Assembly: GCA_973895155.1 (NCBI GenBank) | Contig: OZ316896.1 | Coordinates: forward strand, 22,525,722-22,589,721 | DNA from: Marsupella aquatica | Taxonomy: Eukaryota; Plantae; Marchantiophyta | Direction: 5' to 3' | Length of the DNA stretch: 64,000 nucleotides | In this document: in pieces, positions 40,039 to 52,938 of the stretch | How the letters are laid out: every line of letters starts with the position of its first letter | Position numbering within the stretch: the stretch's first letter is position 1 | Program-made: the position numbers and the translations under genes | Notes under the pieces: model-generated | What the model saw: only the letters and a program-made list of their open reading frames with translations | What the model was told of the DNA's origin: nothing | Databases searched by the model: none

Positions 40039-41850
40039 CTAGCCCCATGCCCGTGCGTTGCACGAAAGACTTCAAGTGAGGCAAGATGTCGAGGTGCGGG
40101 TAAGATTTTGAGGCGGGGGAAAGATGTCGAGAAGGCAAGATGTTGAGGTGCGGATAAGATTTTCAAGCGGGGGCAAGATGTCGAGGTGAGGGCAAGATGT
40201 GAAGATTTTGAGGTGAGACTTTTTGAGGCGAAGCAAACATGGTTGTGCATTGCAAACATATAATTGAGTCAAAAAGTCAAACAGATTAATACAAAAGTGA
40301 TACAATCTTTATTCACCCATTCAATAAAGAACCTCATCATATACAACATTTTTTGTCAACCTTGCTTGACCCTACTCGGAAACCGCAAGTAAAACCTTGA
40401 TAGTTGTAGGAGATGTCGCCCTCGAAATTGCTACATACAACTGTCCATGACTAATTACAGGCTTTGAAAGCTATAACCCTACATGTTTCTAAAGTCTAAC
40501 CTTGAGCTTTGTTTATGGTCATTGCATATGTCACTCGAATGGGAAATTGGACCCTACGTAATAAAAAAGGAAGTGATTCGTCAGATGTCAACAGAATCTG
40601 TGGAATAAATGTAAGGGTTTCTGCATGTTTTCCTTCAAGAACTCGTGCCTCAATGACATGACCCATGCCCATGCCAGTGCCCGTGCGTTGCACAAAAAAA
40701 TTTCAGTGAGGGCAAGATTTTGAGGTGAGAGCAAGATTTTGAGGCGAGGGCAAAATTTCAAGGTGAGCGCAAGATGTCGAGGTGAGGCAAGATTTTGAGA
40801 TGAGGCAAGATGTTGAGGTGAGGGCAAGATTTCTAGGTGAGGGCAAGATGTTGAGGAGAGTGCAAGATGTCAAGGCGTGAGCAAGATTTTGAGATGAAGG
40901 CGAGATGTAGAGGTGAGGGCAAGATGTTAAAGTGAGAAAAAATGTCAAGGAGATAAAAATTGTTGAGGTGAGAAATATGTCAATGTGAGGAAAAGATGTT
41001 GAGAAGAGAAAAATATGTCAAGGAGAATTTTTTTTGAAGTGCGATAAAGATGTCAAGGTGAGTAAACGATGTCGAGATGAGAAAAATATGTAAAGATGAG
41101 AAAAATATGTTGAGGTCCAGAGAAAAAGGTATGGAAGAGCAAAAATATGTCAATGCAATGCAAGAAAATATAGCTTTCGCAAAATAGTTGATAAGACATG
41201 TTATGTATCATCTCAACCATATGATCATCGTGGTCGTGTTCAACAATCGTGCATTGCATAGATGGTCAAATTGCGTAAACAATGTTGAAGTGGAAAAGAA
41301 AAGATAGCATAGAATTAAGATGTCGAGGCAAGACAAAGATTTTGAGGTGAAGCAAAGATGTCAAGGCAAGGCCAAAATATTGGTGCGAGTTTAGGTGTAG
41401 AGGTGATGTAAAGATGTTGGGGTGAAGCAACAATGTCAAGGCAAGGCAAAGAAATGTAGGAAAGACAAAAAAATGTAAGCAAGGCATAAGAAGCCTGATC
41501 ATTTTGATTGTAGTAGTTGTTGTGAAAATCTTATGGTTGGGGAGCGTGAAGGTTAGGGCACATGGACCTGAGATGGGTGACAGAGGTGCTAAGAGGGAAC
41601 ATTTTGTATTGTTTGTAAAATTTTAATGCATAAAAATATTCTAATTTTCAAAATATATTCAAAGTTTTCCAAAATTTACAAAATTCAAATTATAATTTTT
41701 CATTTAATTAATTTATTTTCATTTTTGGTTTGGGGTAGCTAGGGAAGACATTTGAGGGGAATTTTTAGGGTGGATATAATGGTGCCAAATTGCAATGATT
41801 TTAAATGAGGTGTCAGGATTGGCTTCAGCTTTTTTATGATTATGTAAACA
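40039..41850 (-). mobile_element. Non-autonomous Helitron with PIF1 helicase remnant and 19-bp minisatellite
   Basis: Minus-strand 3' end cgtgcaacgcacgggcatgggg-CTAG|T (hairpin plus CTAG); helicase motifs RRVQFPIRVTYAMTINKAQG, HGQLYVAISRAT and TKNVVY at ~40330-40670. The 5' end near 41848 is only inferred. Confidence 0.8.
40700..41480. repeat. ~19-bp minisatellite gaggtgagggcaagat(gtc/ttt); second array at 40070-40230
   Basis: Tandem units read directly, degrading rightwards. Confidence 0.9.
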
Positions 41851-44539
41851 AACCAAAGAGTGCAAGATCAAGTAGTGTAGAGTTTGATAGTTACAGTTGC
41901 TGGTCTCAATTGGGAAAATTCATTTTTACTTGTTTCCACCCTTTACATAGCTAATATTTGATAGTTAGTAATGGATAGTTACCAGAAAAAACATTTGTTT
42001 TTGTTTCCAATACTTTGATATTGGTCATTTAAAATGGCTAAATGAGTGATTTCATGGTTAGGGTGAGTCAAGGGCACCGTGGCAAGGTAGATCCTCACCA
42101 GGACCAAGGCAAGTAGCAAGGCACGGTGGCGAGGTACTGGCGTGGCAGGGGCTCACTGGAGAGATAGATCCTTCCGTAGACCAAGGCAAGTACATGGTAT
42201 GAAAGGGGCACAATGGCAAGGCAGTACCTTGTCTGGACTCATTACTGACGCGACCCAACAATAAGATTTTCACAACAACTACGACAACCAAAATGATCAG
42301 GCTTCTTTTGCCTTGTTGAGGAGGGAGGAGCAAGGCAACAGAGGAGCAACCGGGCATTGTGGGCCAGTACTGCCATGGAGGAGGGAGGAAGGGTGCTCTT
42401 TGCTGATTCATTTTCTAATCAAAAGTCAAGAAAAAATGGTTGCATGATTCAACGGACACCAATCAATCCCGCCAAATCTTGTTTTGTAAACGGATGAAGG
42501 ACTAAATTAGGCGGGATCAGGTATTATAATGTTAGGTGTAATATTTGTTATTAAACTCCTTTCATGATGTAGCACTTCCTATGCATGGATGATATGGCAT
42601 GGAGCATAATATGGCACGGATGGTAGAGGGAGGAGCACTTTGTATGCATGATTAGCATGGATGGTAAAGGGAGGAGCATGGTGTAGCATGGAGGGTAAAA
42701 GGAAATAGTTGGTACTTTTCTTGCTTGGAGAAGCCTGTTCACACCAAACACATTTATTTTCTTCTTGTTCCTTTCTCTTTTTCCAGTTCCTTTTCTTTCA
42801 CTCAAAAAGTATTGTAAAATTTGAATGACGATCACTTTAAAAAAAGGCGCAACTCGTTATTATAGTTTCTAATTCTGAAATTATCTAGGGCTGCTTCTTT
42901 TGAGGTTTTTGATAATGCCTGTTGTTAGTTTTTTTTATTTAATTGTAGATGTTGATCATTAGTTGTCATTCTAAACAACATTGAGAGATGAAAATAGAGT
43001 TGAAATTTTGCATGTTGGAGCTGGGCGGCAAAGTTATTGGCTTTTGCTACAAGATCTGTACCAGTGGTCACCGATGATTCCTACACCAGAATAACCCTGG
43101 AGAGGATTTTCAAAAGGAGCTGCTAGTTACGTTACCAAACGAAGGAGTCGAGATAGTAGAAACATCAGATATCCTTTGCAGCAGAGATGGAATTAAGTGA
43201 GTAAATGTAGGATTTTAAGGTGCTGCAAAGTGAGCTGCCGACATTGAGTTTGTTCCTACGCATCTATGAGGCATTCATGTCAAAAGTTCAAATGCAGGGC
43301 TCTTTCAGAAACCATTACTATGTGTTACTTGATTTCTCTACAAATCAATATAGCATGTTCATCCTACTCCATGCCTATTTTGACTTATCTGAAAAAATTT
43401 AAATGAAACATTTTACTTTTAACACTATTTTATGAAAATAAGTATTGAAAGAATGATTATGAAAAAGTTAATGAAAAAACTGCACACATTTTTAAAAGTG
43501 AGAAAAGTACAATACAGTCGACCGTGGATAAGTGCTACGTGTATAACTGCATTCCGTGGATAATTGCAGGGTGTTGGTGTCTTCCCCAAAAAATACAGCA
43601 CATTCCTTTGTAAATGCACCCAAAAATGCACCGTTTATAAGTGCATCTTGGCTTCACTAAAAGACAAGATTCTTAACTGCATTCCGTCTACAAGAGTTCA
43701 CATGCATTTATCAATTAGTTTTCCGGTAGACAAGATGCGTTTATTTATAAGTGCTGGACAGAATTACATAGAGTACTTACAAGTACTTATCCATAATAAT
43801 GCTGCAAACAAACAGATACATACTAAGGTGCACTAAAGCATTTGGGCAGGGCCTGTACGAGGGTTTAGGGTACGAGCGAGTTATGTGTGACCTGACAGCA
43901 CAATCACGAGGTTTACACGAGAGAATGTGAAGGGGATCGAGGTTTAGGACTGACAAAGAGCAACAACTAACAGGGGAAATTGCCATTTGCTTCAATTTTT
44001 GCATCTTCTCATACATTGTCTGGTGCAAACTCGACCTGTCGAATGCCAAGCACATGCCTATATCCTTTGACACTGCAGACTGATCAAAATCGCAAACTTC
44101 CGTGCATAAGTTCGCCAATCTCGAACGCTGGCACATACCCATAAGTGCATTATATGAATATCATGCACTTATCACGTAGTGCATACCATGTATAACAGCA
44201 GGCTCGGGGTGTCTTCCCGGGAGCCTGCACTTAGACACAGTACCACATTGCATTAATTTCAAGGTATTAGAGTAGTTAATGTACTTGTATAAGTACAGCA
44301 CTTTATGATTCAAAGAGCACTTTATGATTCAAAGAGAAGAGCGTGAACTACTTAACTTCTTCTTTTTTCCTGCTCTATGTGGGGCTCTTTATTTAGGTGA
44401 CACCTGTTCATCAATAAACCATGAACAATGTAAATTCTATGACCAATGGTATATAAGGTGCACTCATTAGTGAATAGTGTACTAGTTGCTTGGTTGAAGG
44501 GTCCAACCTTCTCATGCATGTAAGGAAATATGCCCCTCA

Positions 44540-44680
44540 AAATGTTAAAAAAAATATAGGGGACCTAATAAAAACTAAGGAAATTAAAAAAGTTAAGGGG
44601 GGCTGCCAAAAGTTAAAAAATATATAGTGTACCTAATAAAAACTGAGGAACTTAAAAAAGTTAAGAGGGTTGCCAAAAAT
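44540..44680. repeat. Two-copy ~65 bp tandem repeat
   Basis: acctaataaaaact.aggaa.ttaaaaaagttaag occurs twice. Confidence 0.8.
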
Positions 44681-44899
44681 GACTAAATTCTAAATAATAC
44701 ATGGCTAAAACATGGACTAGGCCAAATTAACATAAAAATATATTTCAATCAAATAGAATGAGACAAGATAACCAAAGAGTGTTCCACCATATAGCAATAT
44801 AGCAACCTCATTCCTGTCTTATGGGAATCCTGTCAATATGGCAAGTTGTTCCTCAATAGTTGTATGTGCAGCAAACAACCCATTAATCTCTGGAAGTTG

Positions 44900-45490
44900 C
44901 CTAAACCCTCACCTTTTCCGCCGTTGGATTGAAGATTAGACAGGATTAATTCATCTGAGCCATTGGGTTTTGAATGAAGGCCAAGATGGTCGCGGCTAGG
45001 GCGCCTATGACAGCAGCCTTTCTGACATACTACTACCTCAACTGCTTAACGCGTGTTTAGGAACGGTCTGAGTTCAATAGGCCGCGCCCATGACAGCAGC
45101 TGGACCCTCACCTTTTCCGCCGTTGGATTGAAAGATTCAACTGGATGAATCCATCTGAGCCATCGGGTTTTGAATGAAGGGCCAAGATGGTCGCGGCTAG
45201 GGTGCCCATGGCAGCAGCTGGAAGGACGAACTGCGCCTTTTTGACATACTACCTCAACCATGTTTAGGGACGGTCTGAGTTCAATCGGCCGCGGCCAGGG
45301 CGCCCATGACAGCAGCCTTTCTGATATACTACTACTTACTACCTCAACCGCTTCACGCGTGTTTAGGGACGGTCTGAGATATAGCCTTTCTGATATACTA
45401 CTACTTACTACCTCAACCGCTTCACGCGTGTTTAAGGACGGTCTGAGTTCAATAGGCCGCGGCCAGGGCGCCCATTACAGCAGCTGGAGC
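44900..45490. repeat. Composite repeat array of two interleaved modules
   Basis: ccctcaccttttccgccgttggattgaa...ccaagatggtcgcggctaggg x2; tactacctcaac...gtgtttag/aggacggtctgag x4. Confidence 0.85.
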
Positions 45491-46810
45491 GAGGACCCGC
45501 GTGATTCAATCTGGACAGTCCAATTGGAGTCGACCACTGAGCACATACATGTGGTCCCTCCGTTAGTCGTTAATATATTGGGCCTCTCGTACTTCCTGCC
45601 ACCGGTCGGCATTTAGTCACTCCCAATGCTGTTTTTATAGTTTCTAAATTCTAATAGATATATATGAACGCTACTCTTCTGGGGATTGGGCTGGGCAGCT
45701 AAACCCCGTAGACCTGGGCACGCAACCTGGGCACGCAACCTGGCCTTCCCTGGCTTATTTATGCACTTTTTCGAAATTTAACTACCAATACAATTATACA
45801 AATGCTGTCTAAAATCTGATCGGCTGAAAATAGTTGATTGAATTTTGTTGGGAGTCCCATTTCACTCCCGCAATGCAAGTGCTTATAATTGTGTATTGTT
45901 CATGAGCTCGATACGGCAGTGATGATATAGCGAAGTAGTCAATGGAGTCGGATGAGAGATGGCCGGCATTCTGGAATGCCCAAGCTGCCCGCACATCTGA
46001 TCGAAAGATGGACTTGAGGTCAAAAACGCTGGAGCTATGTCAGGTCGGGAAGCTGGTGAAAGGGTATCTTCTAACAGCGAAGCGATGAGTTCTGCATTTT
46101 GACGGGGAGAGGTCCTGAGTGGAGGGCTCCTTACGTGGTCTCGACGGAAGAGCAAAGAGGCGTTTAGGAAGCCAATCATCCAACAGGTGGATTTCTGGAT
46201 GAAAGAGATAGAGCGGCATCAATCACGGTAAGAACGTATCTTTTGAGTGTACAGCGATGAAATAACTGCAAGAGGGATCCTGTAGATACAGAGGACTGTG
46301 ATTAGCGCTTTCAAGGATAGGCAACATTTGGCTTGCAAATCAGAGCTGATTGTTTGTGTGTGGCAGATTGATATCGGCTCAAGGAGTAGCAGGGCATAGG
46401 CTCAGCTTGACCACAACATGCAAATCTATCAGTCCAGGTAATACATGAGACGACTGACTCTCGATTCTCATCGTGTCTTTAACGAATGCAGTCGTAGAAT
46501 CCTGAAGAGTTCCCCCCCTCACGTGTCATGTATACATTCAAGATTTCCCAAAATCTGGTTTCCTGCACCGCGGGTCTGGCAGATCTGGTGTGCTCATGTC
46601 CCTGCGGTTTCTTCCCTTGCATGGTTGATCCTTCCTCTTCTTACAATTTTCGATATTGATGTTCAGCCTTTGACAATTTATGCAAAAAATTCTACTGGTT
46701 TCCAAAGGGACATCAAGCGCAGTCCTCCTTCCGGACGATAAGACGATCGCTGGCTACCTCAACATTCTTGTCGAGGGTGAACGGGCACAGCCGCTTCCAA
46801 ACCTCCAATC

Positions 46811-48259
46811 ATGGATCTAAAAAAGGTAAGTGATCCTCTTTGGACACATGCTTCAGATCTTATCAGTACTCACGGATGGGTTTGTTCATCTTCTTTCACA
46901 TAGCGCATTTTTTTGCGTTCAACTTCTTTAAAATCCATTTTTGCATCGAACAGAAAAAAAATGGGAAATAGTTATTTTAGTATAGATGTTCTCTGGTTCC
47001 TATTCTGCTTCACACATGTGTTTTCCTTGGTGTGCAGCTCAATGATTCGCTCTACATTTTTCACGATCCAGCTGATCAGAACAAGGAAATAACAGCCATA
47101 TTTATTTTCTTTCATTGTGTCCAGTGGACAGGAGATGAAAAAGCATATGTGCAAACCTGGATGTCAAGAGGCAGCCCTAGTATCTGTTGGCCAAAAGTCT
47201 GGCTCTCTGCTAAATATCCAGAAGCCCTAATCTTGTCTGCTAGTTATGATGCTGGACGTTATAAAGAGAAAAATAGCGGTCTCTTTCGTATGGATTCACT
47301 TGCAGAGAATTTACGGCAGGACATTCTTGAGCTTAGTACTAAAAGTTGTCCAATTTTTTTGATTGGGCACGGCTTGGGAGGAATAGTTATTAAGGCAGTA
47401 ATTCAAAACATGCAACGCAAAAGAGACGCCTTGAATATTTGTGGGTCTACACGCAAGGAGTTGATACGATTAGATTGTTTCTTGGAGAATGTGAGGGGGA
47501 CTTGTTTTTATAATACTCCTTTTCAAGGCTCAAAGTTTGTAAATTCTATTCCTAACAAGGGTCCCCTGCTATCAACTCTGGAAGTGCTAAACAACGACAC
47601 CTGCGAGTTGAACAATTATTTTAGAGACTGGCGGATTAATAAACAGTGCACAACAGCAACAATTTTTGCACTTCTTCATACAGATGTGGTAAATACTATT
47701 TACCCTGCCCAAAACTTGAGATCTCATTTATAACCAATTTCTTTCTCTAGGATGTTATTGATTGCAAAGGCATTAACGACTCTGTTCTGTGCAGTCTTTC
47801 TGGTATGGTGGGTCACCCTTGTCGTGCACACTTCTGAACTGGCTTTGGACCAAAAAACAAATTCAATTGGTGGAGGAAGGAGCAGCCCGTCATGATGCTG
47901 ATGACTTCTATACAGTAGTTAAATGTGACCATTTCACTGTTTGCAAGCCTCAATCCGAGGTGGCCAGCAGCTACAAACGGCTCATTGGACTTATTGAACG
48001 TGGAATGCAACGAGCATCATGCGACCCTGACAGAAAGCAGTGGACTAAATACGTGGAGTCAACCTTGCGCGCACTTCCTAATCTTAGGGGAGATGCACTA
48101 GAATTGAGAATAGACCATCTAGAGCAGGTTGGGAGATTTCGTGACATTTTTTACAAGCTCATAAACGGTCTCAAAGGAGCCGGTTTTAAGAAGGTAGGTA
48201 CTGATGGCAAGGCTGAGCTGTGGGAGCGAGCTAGTAGAGCACATCGCCACTGTTCATGA
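46811..48259 (+). CDS. Stand-alone SERAC1/PGAP1-like alpha/beta-hydrolase-domain protein; exons 46811-46825, 47038-47688, 47795-48259 (~376 aa)
   Basis: IFFH, WPKVWL, ILSASYDA, GHGLGG, YNTPFQGS, DHFTVCKP motifs; two phase-0 GT-AG introns; homologous to the HNL N-terminal domain. Confidence 0.88.
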
Positions 48260-48608
48260 CTGGAAGATCAGCTCTCATGTTAGCAACTCTGATTATGTGG
48301 TGGATGTATGAATGTCCATGCTTGTATTTCTGTATAGTTAACAGATGGACATTTTGTATGCCCTTAAAAAATTGATTGGGTTGACATGTGTCTCGGACCT
48401 GCATATGAGTCCTCAAGAACTGCAAGCCTAGTGATCAACATCAAGAAGGTTGTTCATTAGCTAAAGAAGAAGGGCCAACCATTGACTACACCGACGATAG
48501 ATGGACAGAAGGGAGCATTTCCATTGTTCCTCCGCTCAGACAGTAGTTGCTATGACAAAATGCCTATCTTCCTCATCGGTCCAAGATTATTGGACTAAAT
48601 TTATTGAG

Positions 48609-49657
48609 TGTAACAGTACTGTCGCTTTTAAACCCAATCTGCCAGACTCTGACGTCCCCCCTCTCCCCTGATTCCTCACTTTCAAATCAATGAGTGGCTT
48701 CTGTTTTCTATAAACCTGAACTTCCACCTAAGCTTTGGAGACTGGGCCTTGTTGGAAGGTAAACAAGGATAAATGGAAATCTCTAGAGACCTGGCCGGAA
48801 AGTCGAAGATCAATAGGAAATGAGGGGGGAGTACATCCCTGTTCTTTGTTCTCTGTTTGTATTTCTACAGGACTTTGGAGAGGATAATTCCCATCTCCTT
48901 CCCTCCCCCACTCGCCTCACCGTCTGGCTCACTCAATACTCATGAAAAGCGACAGAACAAAACAGAACATAGAATTTATGCTAATAAATCACCTGGCCCG
49001 TTTGGCTCTCGATTTCTCTACCACCCCTGAAAAATTCCCTGGCTCCCCAAATCCCTCTGGTGAGAACTTTTTCCTAGTCCAAATTCTGCCCAAGAAAGCA
49101 TTATCCAAGTTTATAACAATGCAAAAATCAGTTATCTGAGAATCAATTTCAATGTCAATTTAGTAGTGTAGACTGTTTCAGAAAACACTTAACTTATGAT
49201 CAAATAAATATATCAAAGTGCCAAAGGGCAAAGCGCCAAATCGGGAGACATGGTCCCAAAGACAAAGCAACCAAATAAAGGGCAAGAAACAGAAGAGGGA
49301 AGGGCCCCAAAAAGACCCAAGAGGTCGAACAAGGCAAGGAGTCCCCCATCACAACCTAGGAACAATGACAAAAACCAAATGAGCAACTGAAAATATTTTT
49401 AGTGGTACAAAGCTGCAAGCTAATACTACTGGTTTGAGAGAACTGCACGGGATAAATTTGGCGTCAGGGAAGGTAATGATCAAGACTCAAAAACTAAATC
49501 TGAGTCCTATGGAACTGAAGGCATTATGTTGTTTGTGAGTTTGTTTGTAGGCTCTTCTACCGATGGCCCCCCTCATGATCTGTTGGGTGGTGGTGGCTGT
49601 GGTGGTGGCTGCCCTCAGTCTGGTTTCACCCTACTCTTTTCATGAATTACAGTTACA
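48609..49657. mobile_element. Possible solo LTR
   Basis: TGTAAC...GTTACA inverted termini; flanks ttgag/ttgct match only 3 of 5. Confidence 0.4.
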
Positions 49658-50012
49658 TTGCTTTCAAGACCAACAAATCCAAATTGAAGGGCCAGGGACC
49701 TGGGAGTCTCTCAATTCTCGTTAAATGGCCAGTTTGAGTTTCGACAATCATTGTTCAAGGGATTTTAGCTATCTCCTAGTTGCAATTTAAAACTCTCAAG
49801 AAACCAAGGCCAGGACAATCATTTTTTAGAATTTTGTTTGATGAGGTACAACATCATCAGGGTTGAACATTGTTCAATCATCCACTTTTACACATTGGCA
49901 TTCTAAAATTCTGGGATTCACTAGATTGCCATTAGTTTTTGGCATAATGGGTACCTTGCCACTATTTTTTTTAATGATCATACTGCCACTGTTGTGGGTA
50001 TTCTGTCCTGTC

Positions 50013-52259
50013 TGTTGGAACTTTGCAGAAAGTTCCTACCGTTACGAGGAAGATCGTTCTACCTGCGCCAATCTGATCTTGTCGTGTAGAGCGTATTTAC
50101 CGGGCTCTCTCTCTGCTGTCGGATTTAGGGTCTCTCTCCTGGACGTTGATTCCCTTCCTTCCCGGCTGCACCTGCCGCTACTTATTGGTTCATCGTCACA
50201 GCACCTTCAGTTCATATCATGGCATGTTCACGTTTTCAACATGGTATCAGAGTGCATCTCTGCTCACTCTCAATAGATTAGGTTAGTAGCGGCGTAGTAA
50301 TCCAGGTAGAAAAGTTCCCTGGCCTCTTACTCCTGCATCTGAAGTTGCGACAGTAGTCCTGAGTGAAAGTTCCTCATAAGCACAGACTGTAGCGACAAAT
50401 CATGTCATCTAGACATGGAATGTTAAAGTGTTTTTCTGAGAGTGACAAATTAGAAGGATCCAAATATCATTTAGCGTGGACCATCCTCGTCAAGAATATG
50501 CTGAAACGTGATGAACTCTTCACTAAGCTCAACTTTGGCATCAAGCCTGATGCCAATGGTCAAGTCCAAGATGGCAGAGCTCATCTCACTGCACGTGAGA
50601 TTGAAAAGAAGAAACTACGGGCCACTTCGATTCTTGCTGCTACAGTGAAAGCAAAGTACCTGCCGACTGTTGATAAGTACTCAGATGACCCAGCCAAGTG
50701 TTGAGACCACTTCCAACAATGATTTGGTGGCGCTTGTGCAGAGACGATTAATGCTGGAACAAAAGCTTGCACACATTCGCATGTCTGACGACACCTCTGT
50801 GGAAGACTTCATCAACAATGTTAACAATATTGTTGGCCAACTAAGCAGCATTGATGTTGAAGTTGCCGACGACAAACTGATTCACCTGGTCCTTCGTGGA
50901 CTCCCCCCTAGCTAGGGTTCTTTCGTGTCTGTTTTTTCTTCTGACCTCTCTCGCACCCCTCCTCCTCAGTTTTCCACTCTTGTTGAGCGTATGTAGGCTG
51001 AAGAACTTTGGAAGAAGAACTCTCAGCGTGAACCTGTTGAAGAGGCACTATCGGTCACTCGTTTTACCAGACCAAATGGCCGTGGTCATGGAAGGTTTCA
51101 GCCTCGGCCTTCCTTCTCTGACCCTCCTCGCTATCCCTCTTACTCTCGTGTTGCAGGAGGACGTGGGATCCGCCGCAACACCACCTGCAACTACTGCGGC
51201 AAATCTGGACATTGGGAGGATGACTACGATCTCAAGAAGGTGGATGAGCAGATTGCTCAGCTACAACTTAAAGTTGTTGGCTTACGACGCTTTTGTCCTC
51301 AAGCCAACGTTGCTGAGATCTCTCATGAAGACGAAGATTTCTACGAAGAGGAAGAAGAAGGCGAAGGCGAACCCAGTAACACTGCTCTTGAAGCCAACTT
51401 CACTGAGATTCTTCCTAGTCGCGAATCTAGTAATTGGATCTTAGACTTAGGAGCTAGTGTCCATGTCTCTGGTGACAAGTCTGTCTTCTCTGGACTAAAT
51501 CCGTCTACTAGATCAGGATCGGTCGCCACTGCAAGTGGTACCTAACTTCCTGTTGCTGGACACGGTACTGTCAACATTGATACAAATAAAACCGTCCACA
51601 ATGTTCTCTATGTGCCCGGTCTTTGTCGTAATCTTATGTCCGTAGGTCATCTCACTGATGCTGGTCATAATGTTATGTTTAATTCCAAGTCCTGCCTTGT
51701 ATTCGACAAAGACAACCCTCACAAAATCTTTCTCCGCGGCACTAGGGACCCCGCAAATCATCTATATCGGTTGACCCAGTCTCTCCCGTCTATTCCACCC
51801 TCATCAACCTCCTCCCGCCTACTACCTCGGGTTCTATCTCAATCTGCACCTGTACTTAGTGCTGAATCTTCTCCCTCAGACTGTCCTGTCGATCTATGGC
51901 ACCGACTTCTGTGTCACGTGAACTTTCAAATGGTCCACCATATGTCTCATCGCGGTCTTGCTCTCGGTCTTCCATCCTTACTGAGAGTCAAATGGTCTTG
52001 TGAGACCTGTACTGTTGCCAAACATCATCGCGACAAGACACCCAAGTCGTCGGCTACTCGTGCTTCTCGCCCTCTAGAGATTATTCACTCTGACCTTTGT
52101 GGCCCTTTTCTTGTCTCCACATCTCAAAAATACATACTCACGTTTATAGATGATTTCTCTCGATTTACCTGGGTTTATTTTCTTTCTAGTAAAGCCAAAA
52201 CTTTCCGACGATTCCAGGAATTCAAGCTTCTTGTCGAGAAGCAATTTGTCACACCATTC
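50013..52259 (+). mobile_element. Truncated Ty1/Copia retrotransposon (5' LTR, PBS, gag, protease, part of integrase)
   Basis: LTR ends CAACA at 50241; CNYCGKSGH knuckle; WILDLGAS protease; LWHRLLCH...CETC; IHSDLCGP...FIDDFSRFTWVYFL; stops and frameshifts; LTR start could instead be 49990. Confidence 0.92.
50242..50253 (+). promoter_or_regulatory. Primer-binding site, tRNA-iMet type
   Basis: TGGTATCAGAG directly after the LTR end. Confidence 0.9.
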
Positions 52260-52847
52260 TAGGTAGTGTTAGAGTGTATCGTACTATCTAGATCCGTATG
52301 TTTGGTATGTGTGCTATATGAGCCGATAAGGTTCCGTCAAGTTTGTGTGAGAGGGTACTTCTCACTTGTGAGGCATTGAAAGGTCATCTTTCAATGTTGA
52401 GCCTTGGAGAGAAAGGAGCTTGAGTGTGGCTATGGTGGTTGTGAGCTCAGCTTGTGTAACGTGGATTCCTTGAGTAGTGCAAGGTGCGTTGGTTTGACAT
52501 ACATGTGTGATCAGATCGGTGCGGGATCGATGGGGTATTGTGGACCGGGATCATTGTGCCGATTGTATTGAGATTACATTGAAAGATCACATTCAAAATC
52601 TGTTGTATGGACTGTGCGGACAGAAGTTTGATTGATTGAGTTGTCGACGGTTCGTGGTAGCTCGGATCGTGTGTTGTTATCAAACAGATCGTTGGTATCT
52701 CGACCTGTATCGTTGTTGTTCGATCGCCCTGCTTCGCGATCGATGTACAAATCTGTGATTGGTGACAGGTTTTGAGTTGGAGGTCGATTGATGATTCGTG
52801 GAGGAAAGCGAATGTTGAGTAGATGTTGGATAGTGGAAGTCAATCCG

Positions 52848-52938
52848 TGAGGCTTTAGATCCGATTGCCGGCTACTATGAGGCTTCAGATCTGATTGCTG
52901 ACTACTGTGGGGCTTCAGATCTGATTGTCGACTACTGT
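52848..52938. repeat. 30-bp tandem repeat x3
   Basis: gaggctt(t/c)agatc.gattg...actact repeated. Confidence 0.85.

Noticed and set aside
40070-41480. Regular short repeats as a CRISPR array
   Set aside because: Tandem minisatellite with no unique spacers, in a eukaryotic Helitron context; overlapping ORFs are repeat translations.
43513-44200. Tc1/pogo-like MITE starting TA|CAGTCGACC
   Set aside because: Only a partial right-hand match (gcacttatc); no full TIR or TSD.
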